Of a stretch of 64,000 nucleotides of DNA, positions 9,619-19,802 are shown one piece after another. This stretch comes from Candidatus Levyibacteriota bacterium. Lineage in GTDB: Bacteria; Patescibacteriota; Microgenomatia; Levybacterales; UBA12049. Position 1 is the first letter of the stretch, and each line of letters opens with the position of its first letter. Location: positions 67,778 through 131,777 of the forward strand of contig JBBSGK010000001.1 in NCBI GenBank assembly GCA_038254115.1. The letters are read 5' to 3'. The position numbers and the translations under genes were made by a program. The notes under the pieces were generated by a model, which worked only from the letters and a program-made list of their open reading frames with translations, ran no database searches and was not told the DNA's origin.

Positions 9619-10539
9619 ATGAAATTAGGTTTTATCGGTCTTGGGAAAATGGGAAGCCGGATGGCTCTCAAGCTTCTCAAAGAAGGTCATGATGTAACAG
9701 TTTGGAACCGCTCGCCTCAGCCGGTTGAGGCTCTCAAATCATATATTCCGGATTTGAAGTCAGCACCGACTATTGAAGAGTTGGTAAAAAGTTTGGAAAA
9801 GCCCCGCGTTGTATGGCTTATGCTGCCTGCAGGAGAATCAACTGAGGGGATTTTGTCCCAAGTTGAGAAGCTTGTTGAGAAAGATGACATCGTAATTGAC
9901 GGAGGAAATTCCAAATTTAGCGATACTGACAGACATTTTGAAAATTTCAAGAGTCAGGGCGTGCGTTTCCTGGGAATTGGTGTATCAGGAGGGGTGGTCG
10001 CTGAGAAGACAGGTTATCCTCTTATGGCAGGAGGAGATAGATCTGCTTACGATTATATAACTCCAATTCTGGGCTCTCTCGCAAAGTCTCAGGGAGGACA
10101 TGAGTATTTCGGAACTGGTGGAGCGGGACATTATGTAAAAATGGTGCACAATGCTATAGAGTATGGATATATGCAGTCAATTGGTGAAGGATTTGGCGTG
10201 ATGGAAAAATCATCTTATGATTTGGATTTACTAAAAGTAGCCAAGATTTATGACAGTGGGTCGTTGATCTCAGGATTTATGATGCAGCGCACGATCGAAG
10301 CGCTTGAGAGCGATCCGCATTTGGATACATTCGCAGGTGTCATTGGTTCGGCATCAGGAGAAACAATCTGGACAATTGAAGAAGCGAAGAAAAATAATTT
10401 ATTGATCGATATTATTGATAGGTCTCAGAAAATAAGAACAGAGTCAGAGACAGATGGGAAGATCCAGAACTCCTTTGCTGCCAAAATGGTAGCAGCTCTT
10501 CGGGCCGCCTTCGGCGGTCACCCTGTTAAGAAGAAATAA
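9619..10539 (+). CDS. 6-phosphogluconate dehydrogenase (decarboxylating)-like, short YqeC-type NAD(P)-binding protein
   Basis: MKLGFIGLGKMGSRMALKL Rossmann motif. Length of 306 aa is typical of short Gnd-like enzymes. Confidence 0.75.
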   Translation: MKLGFIGLGKMGSRMALKLLKEGHDVTVWNRSPQPVEALKSYIPDLKSAPTIEELVKSLEKPRVVWLMLPAGESTEGILSQVEKLVEKDDIVIDGGNSKFSDTDRHFENFKSQGVRFLGIGVSGGVVAEKTGYPLMAGGDRSAYDYITPILGSLAKSQGGHEYFGTGGAGHYVKMVHNAIEYGYMQSIGEGFGVMEKSSYDLDLLKVAKIYDSGSLISGFMMQRTIEALESDPHLDTFAGVIGSASGETIWTIEEAKKNNLLIDIIDRSQKIRTESETDGKIQNSFAAKMVAALRAAFGGHPVKKK

Positions 10540-10566
10540 GGAGTTTGTAAAGAATTAAACTGTATT

Positions 10567-11061
10567 GTTTTCAGAATACTCGGAAAACTCGGTAGGCCTG
10601 AAGATCGGATATTCAGAATTTTCGGAAAGTCTGATAAGATGAGAGCATGATTAGAGATGTTACTGATCTGGAGGTTTATGGAGAATCTTTGAGATTATTA
10701 CGAAAACTCTATGAGTTTTTAAAAAAACTACCTAAATCTGAATATGACACGATAGTACAATGTAGAAAATGTGGAAAATCTATACCTGCAAACACTGCGG
10801 AAGGGTGGGCAAAAAGATCATCAGCTCCAGAGTTCAAGAGGTTTTTAAAAATTGCAATCGGATCAAGCGATGAATTAATTAGTCATCTGCGGACAGTTGC
10901 AATAATAGTTCCTCGACTATTTCAGGAATCAAAGGAGCTTGCCGGAGAATATAAAGTTTTGTCAAAAAGATTAAATACTCTTCATAAAAACTGGAAATCT
11001 GGCGTTTTCTGATTTATCTGAATGTCTTTTTTTCTGAGTATCATCTGAGTTTTCTGAAAAG
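10567..11061. repeat. Short inverted-motif arrays flanking the four-helix-bundle gene
   Basis: Left TTTTCAGAATACTCGGAAAACTCGG and ATTCAGAATTTTCGGAAAG (10567-10629). Right TTCTGA/TCTGAG repeats ending TTTTCTGAAAAG (11005-11061). The reverse complement of the right matches the left in about 16 of 18 positions over TTTTCAGAA-ACTC-G. Confidence 0.35.
10647..11012 (+). CDS. Four-helix-bundle protein (23S rRNA intervening-sequence protein / DGR Avd-like family)
   Basis: TAEGWAKRS...FLKIAIGSSDELISHL is the signature of this family. Length 121 aa. Confidence 0.7.
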   Translation: MIRDVTDLEVYGESLRLLRKLYEFLKKLPKSEYDTIVQCRKCGKSIPANTAEGWAKRSSAPEFKRFLKIAIGSSDELISHLRTVAIIVPRLFQESKELAGEYKVLSKRLNTLHKNWKSGVF

Positions 11062-11091
11062 ATGTATGTTATAATTATGATTAAGTAAATC

Positions 11092-12846
11092 ATGGACGAG
11101 AATAAGATACCTTCACCACCACCAATACCACAAAATTTACAATCACCAAATCTGCCTACTCCGGATTCTGTTTCTTTTATAGCGCTTGGAGGCCTCGAAG
11201 ATGTTACGCGTAATCTTTATGTTTATGATTATAAAGATCAGATCCTCATCGTTGATTGCGGGCTTGGATTTCCTGATGAATCGATGCTTGGCGTAGATCT
11301 TCTTCTTCCTGACATCACATATTTACTTGATGTTATAAAGACAGGCAAGAAAAAGATTATCGGTATGCTTCTCACACATGGTCATGAGGACCACATCGGA
11401 GGTACTCCATTTATTCTGCCTCAATTGATGCCAACTGGCCGGGATGATTTGAAATTCCCTATTTATGCATCGCCCCTGACAGCAGCGCTGACTAATGCAA
11501 AACTTAAAGAATACAATCTCCCTTTTTCAGTTTCAACAGTAAAATTTGAAGATCCGGATGTCAAGATCGGTCCATTTATCATCTCTTTTATACATGTTAC
11601 TCATTCTGTGCCGGATAGCGCCAACTTTTTCATCAAATCTCCTGCTGGGAATTTCTTTCATGGGAGTGATTATAAATTTGATCTGACTCCGGCAAATGGA
11701 AAAAGATCTGATTTTATCAAGATGATGAAGGCAGCTGATGAAGGCGTGACGTGCCTTATGTCTGATTGTCTGGGATCTGACAGGCCGGGACACACAAAGT
11801 CCGAGGGGAAGCTGGGGCAGAATTTTGAGCGGGCAATGCGCGACGTTAGGGGAAAATTTTTGATAACCACTTATTCCTCAAATATTTCAAGACTTAATCA
11901 AGCAATCCAAGCTGCAGAGCGTGTAAACAGGAAAGTTTGTTTTGTCGGACGGTCAATTCTTAAAGTCAAAGAAATCGGCCAAAACTTGGGGTATTTGAAA
12001 ATAAAACCGGGAACTGAAATTGATATGAGAGATGTGGGAAAATTCAAAGGCAATCAGCTGGTTTTACTCGTTGCCGGTTCCCAAGGACAGGAAAATTCAG
12101 CAATGACAAGAATCGCCAATGGCGAGCATAAAGACGTAAGGATTGGCCCGGGCGACGCCGTTGTTTTCTCAAGTGACACTATTCCTGGAAATGAGATAAA
12201 TGTAAATTCATTGGTGGACGCTATCACCAAAAGAGGCGCTCGGGTTATTGATTCAGATCCAAGCGGTTCTTTTCATGTTTCAGGACACGGATCCAAAAGT
12301 GATCATGAACTACTTGTCGCGCTCACCAAGCCCAAATATCTTCTTCCGATAAGCGGAACATATAGGCACATGGGTTATTACAAAACAATGGCTGAGGATA
12401 TGGGATATGATAAGCGGGATATTTTTCTTGTTGAGAACGGCCAGGAAGTGAGATTCAGCAAAAACTCGGTAAGACTCGGAAACAAAATCGGAATCAGAAA
12501 TATTTATGTTGATCAGGTATCAGGTGAGGAGGTAGAGAATTTTGTGATCCGCGACCGCGAGAGATTGGCAAAGGAGGGAATTGTGATAGTAATGGCTGAG
12601 ATCCGAGCGCAGGATGGGCAACTTGCTGAGAAGCCTATCATTGTTGCCCGTGGATCCTCACTGGTTGATTCTAAGGAAATAACTGATTCTATAACCTCGG
12701 AATTGGAAAGGGTGCTAGCGCCGAACAAAAGTAGGGTTACAAACTGGGTGCATTTGAGACGCTTGGTAAGCGAAACAGCACAAAAACACTTATTTAAAAA
12801 ATTCCGTACCCGTCCTCTCGTCATGCCGGTAGTAATAGAGGTATAA
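11092..12846 (+). CDS. rnj: Ribonuclease J (metallo-beta-lactamase/beta-CASP)
   Basis: LLTHGHEDHIGG motif, beta-CASP region and C-terminal domain. Length 584 aa. Confidence 0.9.
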   Translation: MDENKIPSPPPIPQNLQSPNLPTPDSVSFIALGGLEDVTRNLYVYDYKDQILIVDCGLGFPDESMLGVDLLLPDITYLLDVIKTGKKKIIGMLLTHGHEDHIGGTPFILPQLMPTGRDDLKFPIYASPLTAALTNAKLKEYNLPFSVSTVKFEDPDVKIGPFIISFIHVTHSVPDSANFFIKSPAGNFFHGSDYKFDLTPANGKRSDFIKMMKAADEGVTCLMSDCLGSDRPGHTKSEGKLGQNFERAMRDVRGKFLITTYSSNISRLNQAIQAAERVNRKVCFVGRSILKVKEIGQNLGYLKIKPGTEIDMRDVGKFKGNQLVLLVAGSQGQENSAMTRIANGEHKDVRIGPGDAVVFSSDTIPGNEINVNSLVDAITKRGARVIDSDPSGSFHVSGHGSKSDHELLVALTKPKYLLPISGTYRHMGYYKTMAEDMGYDKRDIFLVENGQEVRFSKNSVRLGNKIGIRNIYVDQVSGEEVENFVIRDRERLAKEGIVIVMAEIRAQDGQLAEKPIIVARGSSLVDSKEITDSITSELERVLAPNKSRVTNWVHLRRLVSETAQKHLFKKFRTRPLVMPVVIEV

Positions 12847-12860
12847 ATTTAGTTTCCGGC

Positions 12861-12889
12861 TTGACAACTATAGGACTTTATGATATAAT
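12861..12889 (+). promoter_or_regulatory. Consensus sigma70-type promoter TTGACA-17-TATAAT upstream of ftsK
   Basis: TTGACA (12861-12866), a 17-nt spacer, then TATAAT (12884-12889). A second TATAAT lies immediately before the ftsK start codon. Confidence 0.5.
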
Positions 12890-12977
12890 ACGAATTGATG
12901 CTTCAATCTTCAATTATTCTACTTTCTTCAGAAAAATCTATTTGCCTACTCATTTATAAAGCTCTATAATATAATTT

Positions 12978-15101
12978 ATGCCCAAGAGAAGACGAAGTAG
13001 CGGAAGACGCAGGAAACCGTTTAAGCTAAAACTCAAAACAAAAACAATCTATACGATATTTGGTATAGGATTTTTCCTGCTCGGCGTATTTTTACTTCTG
13101 GTCTATATCAAGCCTACAGATTCTACAACCGTTTTGACAAATAAGCTTAATGAAATGTTCGGATCCTTGACGATTTTGGCCCCTCTTATTTTGGTTCTCA
13201 TAGGATTCTTATTCCTGCATCTAAAATTCTATTTATCACGTTTGAATGTAACAATTGGATATATCCTGCTTTTTGTTTCGCTCATAGGACTCACAAAGAG
13301 TGGTTCTATAGGAAATGGGATTTTCTCAATTCTTAAAGAGATTATTACAGTGCCTGGTGCTGACATGGTTTTTATCACAGGAATTCTTGTCGGTATTATT
13401 GTTCTTTTGGATACATCCATTGATGAGATGATTAGTTTTATCGGGAGCGTTTTCAGTACCTTAAATAAATTAATTCCAAGAAAAATATTTTCATCTTTTA
13501 AAAAAGATAAAAACTTGTTTGATAGAAATAAGCCAATGACCATAAAAGGCGGAAAGAGAGAGGAAGAGCCATTGTCTCCAAAAATTAATCAGCCTCCGGT
13601 AATACAAAAAAAGGAGCTTGAAATGCTTCCTCAGACGCTAGTAAGTAATGTTTTGGGCGGAGATACACCCGGGGTTTGGGAATATCCACCTCTTTCTCTT
13701 TTGTCTGAGGAACCCGGGAAGAAAGCCGAGCGGGGAGATATCAAGGAGATTGCCGGAACTATTGAAAAAACGCTTGATAGTTTTGGAATAGCGGCCCGCG
13801 TAGCCGAGGTCAATTTGGGTCCTGCCGTTACGCAGTATGCGCTTGAGATTGCGCAAGGTACAAAAATTTCAAAGATCACCTCTCTTACCAATGATTTGGC
13901 GCTGGCAACAGAGGCACCAACCGGTCAGATCAGAATTGAAGCACCTATTCCGGGGCGGAACTTAATTGGTATAGAAATACCTAACAGATCGCTTGAGGTA
14001 GTGACGCTTAGAACAATGCTTGCATCAGCCGCCATGCAAAAATCAAAATCCAAACTTACAGTTGCCTTGGGACTTGATGTATCAGGTAGTCCGATCGTTG
14101 TAGATATCGCAAAAATGCCACACGTTTTGGTTGCCGGTACGACGGGATCCGGAAAATCAGTACTTATCAATTCATTCATATCAAGTCTTCTATTTAGAGC
14201 ATCTCCTCAGGAAGTCCGTCTTATTCTGATTGATCCAAAGAGGGTTGAGTTCACAGGATACAATGGGATTCCGCATCTTTTGACACCTGTAATCGTTGAG
14301 TCGGATAAGATCCTTTCCGCTTTGAAATGGGCAATGGGTGAGATGGATAAAAGGTATAAAATTTTTGCAGAACGGGGAGTGCGTAACATTGATTCTTATA
14401 ACGAGCTTTCAGGATTTCAGGCACTTCCTTATATTGTTATTTTTATAGATGAGCTTGCCGATCTTATGATGTTTGCGCCGGTTGAGGTGGAGGATGCAAT
14501 AGCGCGTCTTGCGCAAATGGCCCGTGCAACCGGTATTCACTTGGTGATTGCGACCCAGAGACCATCAGTTAACGTCATCACAGGTCTTATAAAGGCCAAC
14601 GTGCCAGCTCGTATAGCATTTAGCGTTTCGTCAATGATTGACTCCCGCGTAATAATTGACTCCCCTGGTGCTGAAAAACTCCTAGGCCGTGGGGACATGC
14701 TTTATATACCGCCTGATCAGGCAAAGCCCACCCGTATTCAAGGCGCATATATTGAAAAAGAAATAAAACTACTGGTTGATTTTCTCAAATCCAAAAATTA
14801 CCCTGTTGAGTATACAGAAGAAGTAACAAGTCAGCCCTTAATAATTAAAAAAGGAGGAGCTGCTCAGGAAGGAAAGGATGGAGAGCTTGAGGAAGCGATA
14901 AGAGTTGTATGTCAGTTCAATACAGCATCCGCATCTTTTTTGCAGCGGAAAATGTCAATTGGTTACGCAAAAGCTGCCCGCATTCTTGATCAGCTTGAAG
15001 AGATGGGCATTGTCGGAATGGCAGAAGGTTCAAAACCACGGGATGTATTGGTCAGAAACGCTGAGGAATTTCTAGCCTCACAACAGCAGGGAGGGCAATA
15101 A
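12978..15101 (+). CDS. ftsK: DNA translocase FtsK/SpoIIIE
   Basis: N-terminal TM segments, Walker A GTTGSGKSV, the motor domain, and a C-terminal gamma winged-helix. Confidence 0.9.
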   Translation: MPKRRRSSGRRRKPFKLKLKTKTIYTIFGIGFFLLGVFLLLVYIKPTDSTTVLTNKLNEMFGSLTILAPLILVLIGFLFLHLKFYLSRLNVTIGYILLFVSLIGLTKSGSIGNGIFSILKEIITVPGADMVFITGILVGIIVLLDTSIDEMISFIGSVFSTLNKLIPRKIFSSFKKDKNLFDRNKPMTIKGGKREEEPLSPKINQPPVIQKKELEMLPQTLVSNVLGGDTPGVWEYPPLSLLSEEPGKKAERGDIKEIAGTIEKTLDSFGIAARVAEVNLGPAVTQYALEIAQGTKISKITSLTNDLALATEAPTGQIRIEAPIPGRNLIGIEIPNRSLEVVTLRTMLASAAMQKSKSKLTVALGLDVSGSPIVVDIAKMPHVLVAGTTGSGKSVLINSFISSLLFRASPQEVRLILIDPKRVEFTGYNGIPHLLTPVIVESDKILSALKWAMGEMDKRYKIFAERGVRNIDSYNELSGFQALPYIVIFIDELADLMMFAPVEVEDAIARLAQMARATGIHLVIATQRPSVNVITGLIKANVPARIAFSVSSMIDSRVIIDSPGAEKLLGRGDMLYIPPDQAKPTRIQGAYIEKEIKLLVDFLKSKNYPVEYTEEVTSQPLIIKKGGAAQEGKDGELEEAIRVVCQFNTASASFLQRKMSIGYAKAARILDQLEEMGIVGMAEGSKPRDVLVRNAEEFLASQQQGGQ

Positions 15102-15233
15102 CTAATTTCTAAATACTAATTACTAATTTCTAAATAATATCTAAATTCAAATATCAAAACCCGTTTGCAGTTAGTAATTGAAACATTTGTATTTGTTTAG
15201 GATTTAGATATTAGGTATTAGATTTTTAATGAT

Positions 15234-15860
15234 ATGATTAGGTTTGGGCAAAGACTGAAAGACGAAAGAATTAGGCGTATGCTGACGCTTGATGACGTTT
15301 CGGTTGCCACCAAAATCAAGCGCGATTTTCTTGCTGCCATTGAGCGCGAAGCTTACGATGAGTTGCCTTCTCCTGCGTATGCAAAAGGCTTTGTCCAAAA
15401 TTATGCGGATTTCCTCGGACTTCCAAAAATCCAAAGCTCAGCACTTTTCAAACGTGATTTTGATGAAAAAAGAGCAATGAAAGTATTGCCTGAGGGAATG
15501 ACAAATTCGCGGACCATTCCTTTAAAACGAGTCAATATAAGAAGTTTTGTTGTTGGAGGATTAATTCTATTAATGCTAGCCGGTTTTTTCTTATTCCAAA
15601 CCCGGGATATGTTATTCGCGCCTTCAATCCATATTACATCACCAAAAGAAGGAAGCGTTGTTTCGCGTGATGTTGAGGTAGCGGGTACGACAAGCAGCAA
15701 CGGTATAGTTACAATAAACAATAATCCGGTATTTGTAAAAGATAGTGGAGTGTTTGTTAAAAAAATTACACTTTTCCCAGGTAAAACAACAATAATAATA
15801 AAATCAAAAAACAGATTGGGTAAAGAGTCCTCTCAAACTGTAAACCTGATTGTGAAATAA
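15234..15860 (+). CDS. RodZ-like HTH (XRE) membrane protein
   Basis: The N-terminal HTH FGQRLKDERIRRMLTLDDVSVATKIKRDFLAAIE is followed by a TM segment and a C-terminal beta domain. Confidence 0.65.
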   Translation: MIRFGQRLKDERIRRMLTLDDVSVATKIKRDFLAAIEREAYDELPSPAYAKGFVQNYADFLGLPKIQSSALFKRDFDEKRAMKVLPEGMTNSRTIPLKRVNIRSFVVGGLILLMLAGFFLFQTRDMLFAPSIHITSPKEGSVVSRDVEVAGTTSSNGIVTINNNPVFVKDSGVFVKKITLFPGKTTIIIKSKNRLGKESSQTVNLIVK

Positions 15861-15955
15861 TATAAATTCTGTTCCAGAATGACTACAAATGAATACAATT
15901 GATTCTAATTGTTTTGCTTGACAGTCCACTTTTCATAAGGTAACGTATATAGACT

Positions 15956-16258
15956 ATGGTAGATCCTGTCCAAATAATCCTCTTAATTGTTATTGTTATC
16001 TTAACAACTCTCCTAGTTATTTTGGGAGTCCAGATATTTTTTATCTTAAAAGAACTTAGAAAGACTGTCAAAAAAGCAAACAGAATTTTGGATAATGCAA
16101 ATTCAATTACGGAAAATATCGAAGGACCGCTTGAAGCACTCTCTTCAGTACTTGTGGGTTTTAAGGCTGGGTCTTTATTATCAGTATTGAAATTTGCGAA
16201 GGGTTTCATTGGACGGGATAAAGAAGACTTGGATAAGCGGCGGAGCGAAAATTTTTAA
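15956..16258 (+). CDS. DUF948-like small membrane protein (YtxG-like)
   Basis: N-terminal TM segment plus a coiled-coil. It is paired with a YtxH-like gene, as in the Bacillus ytxGH operon. Confidence 0.5.
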   Translation: MVDPVQIILLIVIVILTTLLVILGVQIFFILKELRKTVKKANRILDNANSITENIEGPLEALSSVLVGFKAGSLLSVLKFAKGFIGRDKEDLDKRRSENF

Positions 16259-16260
16259 TA

Positions 16261-16616
16261 TGGAAGACAGACATAATCATAATCACAACCAACCGCCAAG
16301 CAATGGATTTTTAATGGGAGTGATTATTGGTGGTGTTGCAACGCTTATTTTTACCACAAAAAAAGGTCGGGAAATAGTTAAAGATCTGGCAGATAAAGGA
16401 CTTGAAAAGTATTACGAATTTGAAAAAAAACTTGAAGATACTAAAGAAGACTATGAAGAGATTATAGAAGGGGAAGATTATATTGCGCCAGTTGAGAGTG
16501 AAAAAGTTAAGTTAGCAAAGGAATCAAAGCAGGAAAAAATAAGTACTGTGAAAGAAGATAAAGCGGCTTCAGCAAAAACAAAAGTAAAAAGATATTTTAG
16601 ATTGAATAAGAATTAA
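16261..16616 (+). CDS. YtxH-like protein
   Basis: GFLMGVIIGGVATLIFTTKKGRE matches the YtxH N-terminus. The start is chosen at ATG 16261; the ORF track's 16194 start overlaps the preceding gene. Confidence 0.55.
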
Positions 16617-16662
16617 ATTAAAAAATTAAATTTTATCTGATAAAGCCTCGGAGATTCAGGAG

Positions 16663-17622
16663 TTAGAGTCCGTATTTTTTTATATTTGCGTTGTGTTCCT
16701 CAAGAGTTCTTGCATAATGGTTTTGTCCCGATTTATCTGAGATATAATAAAGATAATTTGTGTTGGAAGGATTAAGAACGGCGCTTAGAACATCAATACC
16801 CGGATTGGAAATCGGACCCGGTGGAAGTCCACTATGCTCATAGGTATTGTATGGTGAAGAAATTTTGAGGTCATCAAAAGTCAGTTCTTTTTTCCACCAT
16901 GTTTTGCTGCTTGGCTGGTAACCTAGGGCGTATTGGATTGTTGCATCAATCTGAAGAGGCATTCCTTGCTTTAGACGGTTTAAGACAACGGAGGCCACAA
17001 TCGGGCGGTCTTTATCGTGTTTTGCCTCTCTTTCTACCATAGAGGCGACTATAACTACTTGATCTTTGGACAATTTATTTTGACTACCTGCATTTATGCT
17101 ACTATATTTTTTCTCAAAATTGGCTCTCATAATATCTATGATTTGTTCAATTGTTGATTCTTTGGGAAATGAGTAAGTGTCTGGAAAAAGGTATCCCTCA
17201 TAAATAATTAATTTGCCGCGCCAACTTTCCTGAAATGTTGGGAATCTTTCACTCAATTTATCGGCAATTTCCTGTGCTCTTTTACCCTCTGGGATTACAA
17301 TATGAAAATCAGATGTACCAACCTGGAGAGCTTTTGCGATATCGACAGCGCTCATTGAGGGGGATAATTGGAAATCTCCGGCTTGAATTTTTTGATCAAG
17401 TCCGAATTTCTTGACAACTATAAAAAATATAACAGGATCTTTTATGAGATCCTCAGATTTCAAATGGCTGGCAATTTCCCGGACTCCTTCACCCTTTTTA
17501 ATAATAAAAGTTTTTTGACTTTTGTCCGATATATCAGCTGCAGCAGTAGCATTGACCCACCAAGCAAGTATTCCTCCTAGAATCAAAACTAAAAATACTA
17601 TTAAAAAGGAAAATTTTCTCAT
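16663..17622 (-). CDS. mltG: Endolytic murein transglycosylase MltG (YceG-like)
   Basis: N-terminal TM segment and YceG-family body (VIVASMVEREA, GLPPGPISNPG). Confidence 0.85.
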   Translation of the reverse strand: MRKFSFLIVFLVLILGGILAWWVNATAAADISDKSQKTFIIKKGEGVREIASHLKSEDLIKDPVIFFIVVKKFGLDQKIQAGDFQLSPSMSAVDIAKALQVGTSDFHIVIPEGKRAQEIADKLSERFPTFQESWRGKLIIYEGYLFPDTYSFPKESTIEQIIDIMRANFEKKYSSINAGSQNKLSKDQVVIVASMVEREAKHDKDRPIVASVVLNRLKQGMPLQIDATIQYALGYQPSSKTWWKKELTFDDLKISSPYNTYEHSGLPPGPISNPGIDVLSAVLNPSNTNYLYYISDKSGQNHYARTLEEHNANIKKYGL

Positions 17623-17629
17623 AATCCAA

Positions 17630-18898
17630 TCAATACTCCAATATAGGAAATTGTTTAAGTGAATCTACCGCCTCTTTAAGATTGTAAGCGCTTTCACTAT
17701 AAAGCGTATATATAGGTTTTCCGGCTATTACTTCCTCACCAATTTTTTTATCAAGATATATACCGCTTTTTTTCTGAGCTGGCGCGCCCAAAATTTTGGC
17801 GATTGCGGTTATATATCTGCTATCTACTTTTTTAACGACACCATGTATTTTGGATAAAACCACATGTGAATGATTTCCCGGTTTCATATCTTTGCTCATT
17901 ATACCAGATTCACCGCCTTGGGCTTTTATTATTTGTTTCATTTTCAAATGAGCATGCCCGTTGGACAAGATGTATTCAGCCCATTTGTGTCCTGTTCCAA
18001 ATTCTTTTTTAATTCTGTTATTTAGGGAGTTTGATGCATCTTTTAGGCAAAGATCCAAGAGGGCGCCTGCAAGATGCACCGCTTTTTGCTCAAGATCTAC
18101 CGGTCTATCAGGATTTTGCTCAAGAACCATCATTGCGTCCCGCGCTTCAAGAAGAGGGCCGATTCCCCGGCCGGCCGGTTGTTCTGTATTATGAATTAAA
18201 ATTTTTATTTTAACGTTGAATTTATGAGCCAAATACTCAAATTTTCTTTTGACCTCTTCAGCGTCCCTAAGTGAATGAACCTTTACGTGTTCGCCGTATG
18301 GTAAATCAATAACGATGTGATTTGACCCGAAAGCGATTTTCTTTGCCATTATTGAAACCAAAATCTTATCAAAACTCTCAAGGCCTAGTGGTTCTTCTAC
18401 TTTTATCAACTCATCATCCGCTGGTGCTATATCGACTCCTCCTCCCCATACGATGCATGCGTTTGTTTTATCGACAATTCTATAAATATGTTCTTTATCA
18501 AATGTCACAGGACTTATGACTTCCATATCATCCGCAGTCCCGCCAGGAGTTGTAATTGCGCGGCTTGAGCTTTTGGGAATTGTAAATCCTGCTGCAGCAA
18601 CAATGGGCACGACGATCATGGTCGTTCTGGTACCAGGTACTCCTCCTATTGAATGTTTGTCGGCAACCAGACCTTTGAATTTGAGTGTTTCGCCCGTTTT
18701 GATCATCGCCTCTGTTAGAAAATAGAGTTCTTCATTGTTAAATCCTTGTGCGTATCCTGAGGCTGCGAAATAAGTCGTAAGAACTGTGCCCAATTGATGG
18801 CGGCTAATCTCATCCATGACCGCGAAAATTTGTTGGTAGTTTAGTCTCTTTCCGCCTAGTTTGGTTTGAATGGCATCAACTGCTTTCTGATCAATCAT
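17630..18898 (-). CDS. Thymidine/pyrimidine-nucleoside phosphorylase family enzyme (possible AMP phosphorylase)
   Basis: DKHSIGGVPGTRTTMIVVPIVAAAG and TTPGGTADDMEV correspond to the DKHSTGGVGD motif of glycosyltransferase family 3 phosphorylases. Confidence 0.8.
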   Translation of the reverse strand: MIDQKAVDAIQTKLGGKRLNYQQIFAVMDEISRHQLGTVLTTYFAASGYAQGFNNEELYFLTEAMIKTGETLKFKGLVADKHSIGGVPGTRTTMIVVPIVAAAGFTIPKSSSRAITTPGGTADDMEVISPVTFDKEHIYRIVDKTNACIVWGGGVDIAPADDELIKVEEPLGLESFDKILVSIMAKKIAFGSNHIVIDLPYGEHVKVHSLRDAEEVKRKFEYLAHKFNVKIKILIHNTEQPAGRGIGPLLEARDAMMVLEQNPDRPVDLEQKAVHLAGALLDLCLKDASNSLNNRIKKEFGTGHKWAEYILSNGHAHLKMKQIIKAQGGESGIMSKDMKPGNHSHVVLSKIHGVVKKVDSRYITAIAKILGAPAQKKSGIYLDKKIGEEVIAGKPIYTLYSESAYNLKEAVDSLKQFPILEY

Positions 18899-19058
18899 AA
18901 TAATTATTCGCCTTTTATCATGGCAATTGCGTTTTTAAAGAAGTACTTGATAATGCCTAAAATGAAATAAAAAGTAGAATTAAGTACACGGTAAATAAAC
19001 GGCCAAATCTTACGTAAAAAAATTATAAATTTTGATTGCTGAGAATTTTCTTCCATAT

Positions 19059-19802
19059 TTATGATTTTTCGAGTTTTGATTTAACTATCAATCTTTTCCA
19101 AGTCGTACCAGGGGGTGTACAAGTAACAATATCAAGATAATTTGAATCGTAGCCTTGTGTCAAATAGGACGTATCCTCAGGCTCGGTAATTAGCATAGTA
19201 AAAATTTTATATGTATACAAAGTATTATTTGCACTTACGATAATATTGTCTCCAATGCTGAGTTGATGTATATTGGCAAAAATGGTTTTGTAATTTTTGC
19301 TGTCATAAAGCTGAGGTAGCGTTGAATGGCCAAAGACAGCAGCAGTTCCCTTATTCGGCGGAATCGCAGTGCCCGGGAAATGGACAAGATGAGAGGAAAG
19401 ATCCGTATCAACCGTTGAAACAATCGCATTTTCTATATTCAATTTTGGTATAGATATAAAATAAGTTGACACATTCTCAACAGTAGATGTCTCTTTATAT
19501 GTAGGCGGAAGCCAATTTGCAGCATTATTATAATCAATTCCGGACAAATTATTTGTGGTGTTCGCAATAAGACTTCCCATATAATCTTTACTTAAAATTG
19601 TATTTTTAGGAATTGGTGAAGCGTAAGATTTAGTTGAAAATTCAGGACTTATGTAAATCTCCCACGATAGCAATGGAAAAAATATATATAATCCGATCAC
19701 AAAACCGATAATAGAAATACCAAGTCCTAAGAAGCGCACCATTTTTTTGACATTTTTTTTCTTTGTTTTTTTGTAAACGTGATTACTCATTGGGTTTAAC
19801 AA
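19059..19802 (-). CDS. Sortase (class A/E-like transpeptidase)
   Basis: N-terminal TM segment, catalytic His context VFGHST, and the TLxTC motif as LDIVTCTPPG. Confidence 0.8.
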   Translation of the reverse strand: MLNPMSNHVYKKTKKKNVKKMVRFLGLGISIIGFVIGLYIFFPLLSWEIYISPEFSTKSYASPIPKNTILSKDYMGSLIANTTNNLSGIDYNNAANWLPPTYKETSTVENVSTYFISIPKLNIENAIVSTVDTDLSSHLVHFPGTAIPPNKGTAAVFGHSTLPQLYDSKNYKTIFANIHQLSIGDNIIVSANNTLYTYKIFTMLITEPEDTSYLTQGYDSNYLDIVTCTPPGTTWKRLIVKSKLEKS

